Part shown: positions 41,837-46,401 of the stretch, piece by piece
Numbering within the stretch: the stretch's first letter is position 1
Layout of the letters: the number at the start of each line of letters is the position of its first letter
Origin: a virus
Reading direction: 5' to 3' (one strand)
IMG/VR virus record: IMGVR_UViG_3300037473_000190
Coordinates: 1 to 46,401 of that record
DNA: 46,401 nucleotides
Made by a program: the position numbers and the translations under genes
Notes under the pieces: generated by a model
What the model saw: only the letters and a program-made list of their open reading frames with translations
What the model was told of the DNA's origin: nothing
Databases searched by the model: none

Positions 41837-43123
41837 TTATTTTTCGATCAACTGCCGGGCGAGCACGCCCGCGATCCTCGAAAGCTCGTCCTCGAACGTG
41901 ATCGACCCGTCCGAGGCCTTGGCATTGATGTGCGCGAGCTCATGACAGAGCGTCGCGAGACGCTGCGTCCTCTGCCCCGCCTCGAACAATTTGCTCGAGA
42001 GGTACACACGCTTCCGCTTCATAGAAAAATCCGCGAGCCCGAGCTGCGGCCCCGCGGATTCGAACACGAACACTTCGGCGAAAATGTCGAGCGCGTCCAT
42101 GACCTTCTTCACGTCCGTGAGATCGTATTCCTTAGTCGAGTCGATGTTGAGACGCTCCCTGTGCGTCACGACCTCGTCGGCCATGGGAACGCGTTCGCCC
42201 GGCGGTATGGACTGAATGATCTTGCGGAACTCGTCGTCGATGAGAATGACCCGCTTCCCGCAGCGCCGCGCGATTTGATTCGCGTCGGCGTCGTCCGTCG
42301 CGATCACAATGTCCGCGCCTTCCTTCTCTTTGAGCGCATCGAGGAGCGCGTGCGCCATGCGCTGCCCCGTTGCCCACGCGTGCTTCGTGACGCACTCGAC
42401 CTCGAACGTGTCACGGCTCGAATCGAGCAGCTTTCGCGCGATCTTCGTGTCGATGTTAGCGTCGAGGAATACGGCGATCTGATGCCCGATGTTCCAGAAG
42501 TCGATGACGTTTCGGTCCCGGTTGATCCCGGTCGAAAGGTTCCAGTCGAAGATCGACCTCTGCGTTTTCTCCGCGACGAACACACCCTTGTTGTAAATGA
42601 TCATCTTGTCCTCGTACCGCTTCGGCAACATCGCCGCCTCGAGCGAGTCGAGGAACCTTCCCGACACTTCGTGCGCGATGTTCTCGAGCACGAGGTCCAC
42701 CGCCATGCCGTCGAAATAATCCTCGGTAGAGGTGACGCGCATGATCGCCGACCGCGCGCCGAGATCCACGTCGTGCGTGAGCTCGTACTCGACCCGGTAG
42801 TTTTCGAAGCGGATGACCATTGCGCCACCGAGCCGCGTCGCGACCATGGCCGCGAGCTTGATCCCTTCCCCGAAGCACCCGATCGTGCCAGACGCTTCGG
42901 ACTTCGTGCCGCCGCCGATGAACTTGATCTGCGCGAGAGTCGGCCGGCTTTTCGTCGTGACGCGAATGTGATCGCGTTCGACGATCTCCACTTTATAGCC
43001 GAGCTTGTCCGCATCGATCGCGTTCGAAATGATCTCGCGCCCGACTTCCCACGCGCCCCACTTCGGCACGTAATTCTCGCTGATGTTGAGATCGTACGTC
43101 TTCACGCCTTCGATTTTTTCCAT
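41837..43123 (-). CDS. GHKL (Bergerat-fold) ATPase-like protein with a TOPRIM-like acidic patch and a C-terminal HExxH motif (428 aa)
   Basis: N-box REIISNAIDA (aa 29-38), G-box GTIGCFGEGIKLA (aa 79-91), IVIATDDADANQIARRCGKRVILIDDE (aa 272-298), and CHELAHI (aa 393-399; nt 41930..41944 for HELAH). Confidence 0.6.
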   Translation of the reverse strand: MEKIEGVKTYDLNISENYVPKWGAWEVGREIISNAIDADKLGYKVEIVERDHIRVTTKSRPTLAQIKFIGGGTKSEASGTIGCFGEGIKLAAMVATRLGGAMVIRFENYRVEYELTHDVDLGARSAIMRVTSTEDYFDGMAVDLVLENIAHEVSGRFLDSLEAAMLPKRYEDKMIIYNKGVFVAEKTQRSIFDWNLSTGINRDRNVIDFWNIGHQIAVFLDANIDTKIARKLLDSSRDTFEVECVTKHAWATGQRMAHALLDALKEKEGADIVIATDDADANQIARRCGKRVILIDDEFRKIIQSIPPGERVPMADEVVTHRERLNIDSTKEYDLTDVKKVMDALDIFAEVFVFESAGPQLGLADFSMKRKRVYLSSKLFEAGQRTQRLATLCHELAHINAKASDGSITFEDELSRIAGVLARQLIEK

Positions 43124-43135
43124 AGGAGCCCTCTC

Positions 43136-43399
43136 TTATATTAGACCGACGAACTCGGTGCCCTCGGCACCTTGTATATTGCGGCCGACTACGACGTCGC
43201 CGACCACCCACGGATACCGCGCGTTGCGCGGCTTCCCTTTGATCCTGCCTTCCTCGTCCACGCAGATCGTAAGGCCGAGCCCGCCGTACGTGAACTCGAT
43301 GTAACCCCCGACGAGTTCCTGCAGCTTTTCAAGCGGCAGCGGCGCGTCGGACTCGATGACGTTCACCTTGCCCTCTGCGGTGACGTGGGAATAAATCAC
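43136..43399 (-). CDS. DUF3846-like protein (87 aa)
   Basis: GTG at 43399. LEKLQELVGGYIEFTYGGLGLTICVDEEGRIKGKPRN fits the DUF3846 pattern. Confidence 0.55.
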   Translation of the reverse strand: MIYSHVTAEGKVNVIESDAPLPLEKLQELVGGYIEFTYGGLGLTICVDEEGRIKGKPRNARYPWVVGDVVVGRNIQGAEGTEFVGLI

Positions 43400-43400
43400 G

Positions 43401-43586
43401 TTACCACCCGATCGCCTTCGAGATCTCCGGCGTGATGCCGCCGAGGTCATCGAACAGCCGCTTCTTGTAATACTCCCCCGCCTCGCCTTGGAAGATCGGA
43501 TCGTCCATGGACGCGAACCGCCACCGCCGCGCGAGCTCGATGTGCGACATGGCGTCGATCTCTGCCTTCCACGCCTCGACGCTCAT
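43401..43586 (-). CDS. Small conserved phage protein (61 aa)
   Basis: MSVEAWKAEIDAMSHIELARRWRFASMDDPIF...GGITPEISKAIGW. The choice between 43586 and 43619 as the start is uncertain. Confidence 0.5.
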   Translation of the reverse strand: MSVEAWKAEIDAMSHIELARRWRFASMDDPIFQGEAGEYYKKRLFDDLGGITPEISKAIGW

Positions 43587-43635
43587 GCCTCGCCGTCGCC
43601 TTCCTGCCACACCCACCACGGGTAATTGTCGCCGA

Positions 43636-44055
43636 TCATTGCACTACCTCCACGAGTTCGAGTGCCTGCACCGCTTCCTCGCGCGAGCCGCACGGCCCGG
43701 CGTATTTCGCGACGCTGTCGCGCTTGACGAGCTTTTCCATGTGACGCGTGCCGAAGTACTTGTTCACGTGCGTCTGTCCGTCGATGTCGACGTACGCATA
43801 AAACCGATCGCCGGGTTTCACGGCCTTGACCTTGACCGCCTTCGGCGCGGCGTCTTCCTCCGCGCCTTCCGATTCCTTGCGCGAGGCGAGGAACTTCTGC
43901 AGCCGCTCCGAGCTTGCCCGGCTGCGGGCCTCGCGCTCGACGTCGAGCTCGGACTTGTACCCGAGCGCCGTCAGAACGCGTTCGCAGCCCTGCGCCTCGA
44001 GCTCGACCGTGTACGCCTTGCCGCCCTCGCTGATGCAGTCCTTCGTGTACCTCAT
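43636..44055 (-). CDS. Hypothetical protein (139 aa)
   Basis: ATG at 44055 (MRYTKD) forms an ATGA overlap with the upstream stop. Confidence 0.55.
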   Translation of the reverse strand: MRYTKDCISEGGKAYTVELEAQGCERVLTALGYKSELDVEREARSRASSERLQKFLASRKESEGAEEDAAPKAVKVKAVKPGDRFYAYVDIDGQTHVNKYFGTRHMEKLVKRDSVAKYAGPCGSREEAVQALELVEVVQ

Positions 44056-44342
44056 GCGTCCACCGCCGCGTCGAGCGCGCCGTTGTAGGCCTCGAGCACC
44101 CGGTCTTCGATGACGCGCCGCGTCTCGTCGTCGCACGGCGAAAGAATGTCGAACCACCGGCCGTCCTTCGACGCTTTTCTGGGGAGCGAAACGAACACGC
44201 CCGACTTGCCCTTCAAAACCGAAAACCCTTTGATGATGATCGCGCCTTCGGTCTGGCCGACGTTCAGAGTGAACTTCACGTCCACGAACGCTTTGATCGA
44301 TCCGTCGCCGTGAATAAGGCGCACGTCAGTGACATTTATCAT
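44052..44342 (-). CDS. SpoVG-like nucleic-acid-binding protein (96 aa)
   Basis: INVTDVRLIHGDGSIKAFVDVKF...IKGFSVLKGKSGVFVSLPRKASKDGRWFDILSP...R..IEDRVLEAY aligns by eye with the SpoVG fold consensus. Confidence 0.7.
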   Translation of the reverse strand: MINVTDVRLIHGDGSIKAFVDVKFTLNVGQTEGAIIIKGFSVLKGKSGVFVSLPRKASKDGRWFDILSPCDDETRRVIEDRVLEAYNGALDAAVDA

Positions 44343-44432
44343 TTCGGAGCCCTCCGTTTTTGTCTGCCCGGGACTTGAGACCCGGCGCCGTTGCTTACGG
44401 GCGGCCCGCGTGCGCCGCCCGCTCTCGCGATT

Positions 44433-45605
44433 TTAGAACGCGATCTCGAGCAGCTTACCCGCCGCGCGGTCGAGCTTGACGCGCTCGTCCGCGTGCGCCG
44501 TCTTCTGCGACAGCTCCGTGAGGCCGTTCACGAGCCCCCACGGCGTGTTCGGCGCGCCGTAGCGGCCGCGCATCTCGGCGATGTCGTACGCCTCGTCGAG
44601 CGCCTTGCGGGTGACGTACGTCCTCGACCGCGTCGCGAACGACAGCGCCGCCGTGATCGCTTCGTCCTTCGTGGCCCCGAGCGTGAACCGCCGGGCCTTC
44701 ACGATCTTGGCCTCGAGGTCCGACGCGCTCTCATCCGCGTACTTCTTGAGCTCGACGTTGAGCCCCTGGAACGCCTTCGCGTTGGCCTCGCCGACGTGCC
44801 GCACGCGCAGCTCGGTCACGCCCTTGGCTCCCCACACGATGTGATTCCCGCAGATCGCGTCATACAGGAACGTCATGAGACCGAAGCTCGATGCCCCGAC
44901 CTCCGAATTCCAGATGAAGAACCCGCGCCCGAGTCCGTGCCCGGTGCCGTCATCGATCGCCGCGTCCTCATTGACGAGGAACGCGAACATGTCGTGATCC
45001 GACGCGTACAACCCCGCCGGGGCGACTTGATCGCCGACGTTGATCGACAGGCCCGACTTCTTGAGACGCAGCACGTCCTCGGCCGTCGCGACGCGCGTGC
45101 GCTCGTTGTCGATGCCCGCCGGGCGCGCCGGGGGAACTCTCCAACCCTGCGGCAGGTTGTCCATGAGACGCCCGACGATGTCGGCGTTCCAGATGCGCGA
45201 ATACGTCTCCGACGTTGCCGCGCGAAGAACGAACGAGCCGTTTTTGTGGAACAGAAGCTTCGCGGAATCGTCCGCGCCGCTCTCTGCCGCACGATGCGCG
45301 AGCCCGTGGTTCAGGTTCTGCGCCGCGAGCGTCGCCGGAAGCTCCCTTAAATAAGACGCCGGTGCGCCGACGCGCGCCGAGATCTGTCCGAACGCCCAGT
45401 TCGTGAGGCGCGCCGGGATCGCCTTCTTGCCGACCACCATGACCTCGCCCTTGTCCGCTTCGACGCGCAGCTCACCGAACGGCACCGTCGCCTCGCACGC
45501 CGACGCGCGGTATTCGTTGCACTTCGCGCGCATCTCCGCGAGATCCCAGAACCGCTCGTCTGCCGGACGCTCTGCCCATTGTTTCGACGCTTTGAAAAGC
45601 TCCAT
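44433..45605 (-). CDS. DUF932-family protein (390 aa), first gene of the early operon
   Basis: Size, position and blocks (…LTNWAFGQISARVGAPASYLRELP…, …FFIWNSEVGASSF…) resemble DUF932 phage/plasmid proteins. AGGAGGA SD present. Confidence 0.55.
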   Translation of the reverse strand: MELFKASKQWAERPADERFWDLAEMRAKCNEYRASACEATVPFGELRVEADKGEVMVVGKKAIPARLTNWAFGQISARVGAPASYLRELPATLAAQNLNHGLAHRAAESGADDSAKLLFHKNGSFVLRAATSETYSRIWNADIVGRLMDNLPQGWRVPPARPAGIDNERTRVATAEDVLRLKKSGLSINVGDQVAPAGLYASDHDMFAFLVNEDAAIDDGTGHGLGRGFFIWNSEVGASSFGLMTFLYDAICGNHIVWGAKGVTELRVRHVGEANAKAFQGLNVELKKYADESASDLEAKIVKARRFTLGATKDEAITAALSFATRSRTYVTRKALDEAYDIAEMRGRYGAPNTPWGLVNGLTELSQKTAHADERVKLDRAAGKLLEIAF

Positions 45606-45706
45606 GATTTATTCCTCCTACTGTGGGGCCGAATCGCCCCCGACCGTGGATGACGCGTACGTCGCGCCGCCGTCCTGCCTTCCTACGTTCCAACCTACAT
45701 ACGAAT

Positions 45707-45735
45707 AATATACCAGAGCCCCCGCCCGCGTGCAA
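45707..45735 (-). promoter_or_regulatory. Sigma70-type early promoter TTGCAC-N17-TATATT
   Basis: The minus strand reads TTGCAC GCGGGCGGGGGCTCTGG TATATT. It lies directly downstream of the terminator and about 100 nt upstream of the DUF932 start. Confidence 0.65.
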
Positions 45736-45746
45736 GGCCTTCCGGC

Positions 45747-45785
45747 AATAAAAAAACCGCTTGCAACCCTATGGGTTACAAGCGG
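45747..45785 (-). terminator. Intrinsic terminator ending the late operon
   Basis: Minus RNA: CCGCUUGUAACCC-AUA-GGGUUGCAAGCGG, a 13-bp stem with one G.U, followed by UUUUUUUUAUU. Confidence 0.85.
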
Positions 45786-45862
45786 TTAGGCGATTCTTCG
45801 AAGGAGGCCCCGAAGAAAATCGCCTCGAGATCCCGCCGTGGCGTGCGGCGGGTGCGGTGCTT

Positions 45863-46042
45863 TTATCCGATGCGAACGTGCGGCGCGCCGCCGCCGATCA
45901 GCCCGAACAAATACACGATCGCCACGATGAGCACGATCACGACCGCGATCGTCTTGAACGGCGCGGGAATCGGCAGCAGCGTGACGCAGTAATAAATGAG
46001 ACCGAACACGATCACGATCAAAAGCAGCGATAGGAGATCCAT
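45863..46042 (-). CDS. Small two-TM membrane protein (59 aa), holin-like
   Basis: ATG at 46042 follows GGAGGG. Translation: MDLLSLLLIVIVFGLIYYCVTLLPIPAPFKTIAVVIVLIVAIVYLFGLIGGGAPHVRIG. Confidence 0.6.
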   Translation of the reverse strand: MDLLSLLLIVIVFGLIYYCVTLLPIPAPFKTIAVVIVLIVAIVYLFGLIGGGAPHVRIG

Positions 46043-46058
46043 GACGAATCCCTCCGGT

Positions 46059-46401
46059 TTATTTCCCCTGGATTTTATCGACGAGCTTCTTCGTCGGCAT
46101 GTCTTGAACCACGCCCATTTGCGTGTAGATCGTTTCCTTGACGGCCGGGTCCTGCACCTTGTCGAGCGCCTTGTCAACGCCGACCACGATCTGCTTCGTG
46201 CTTTTCATGAGCGCGCCGTACACGCGCCAGAACACGATCGCCGCGGGCGGGAACACCGCGCCCAGGACCATGAGAAAAAGAACGAACCCCGGCAGCGACC
46301 GCAGCCACTCCCAGAACGTCACGTTGTCGCGCACGTCCTTCTGCGTGACCACCTGCCGATACGCGACCGGGACGCCGTCCTTGTCGTTGATGAGGGTGAT
46401 C
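46059..46401 (-). CDS. 3' part of the junction-spanning membrane protein gene (same gene as 1..270; 5' end cut by the window edge)
   Basis: Track ORF 46059..46352 is in frame with the codons of 1..270 through the 127-bp repeat. Confidence 0.7.
   Translation of the reverse strand, partial: ITLINDKDGVPVAYRQVVTQKDVRDNVTFWEWLRSLPGFVLFLMVLGAVFPPAAIVFWRVYGALMKSTKQIVVGVDKALDKVQDPAVKETIYTQMGVVQDMPTKKLVDKIQGK
46275..46401. repeat. Terminal direct repeat, copy 2 (identical to 1..127)
   Basis: Exact 127/127 match, read by eye. Confidence 0.95.

Noticed and set aside
1-46401. Lysogeny module (integrase, CI-like repressor, excisionase).
   Set aside because: No tyrosine or serine recombinase motifs were seen in any frame. 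The only HTH and RHH proteins are small or fused to other domains. I therefore make no temperate call. A ParB-based plasmid-like lifestyle remains speculative.

Overview
The window is a complete, circularly closed genome of about 46.27 kb from a high-GC tailed phage. The tail is siphovirus-like: there is a tape measure and a tail tube gene but no sheath gene. Bases 1..127 repeat exactly at 46275..46401, so the unique length is 46,274 bp.

Every credible gene is on the minus strand. The long plus-strand ORFs are antisense shadows. Genes are packed tightly, and I counted more than 25 ATGA, GTGA or TAATG start/stop overlaps.

Gene order in the direction of transcription (descending coordinates):
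- A sigma70-like early promoter at 45707..45735.
- An early and replication block: DUF932, SpoVG-like, DUF3846, a GHKL-ATPase/HExxH protein, RHH, an HTH-TM-SleB fusion, SNF2 helicase, VRR-NUC, TOPRIM primase-helicase, an iteron-type origin, RecD-like helicase, ParB-like, a 3'-5' exonuclease, PhyH dioxygenase, a NeuA-like cytidylyltransferase, a frameshifted ParB-DNA methyltransferase, DUF4406 and Csp.
- A late block: TerS, TerL, a portal-MuF fusion, scaffold, decoration protein, major capsid, head completion, tail tube, G/GT chaperones, tape measure, Dit, LamG, fibres and four small membrane proteins.
- A terminator cluster at 45747..45852.

The most unusual feature is about 6.2 kb of glycosyltransferase, Maf-like (DUF115) and methyltransferase genes (9977..16158). 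These are interleaved with, and translationally coupled to, the head-completion genes. Together with the distant CMP-sugar synthetase and 2OG-dioxygenase pair (27971..29466), they suggest a flagellin-style, possibly nonulosonic-acid, virion glycosylation system.

All functional calls come from motif recognition by eye. No database search was run.
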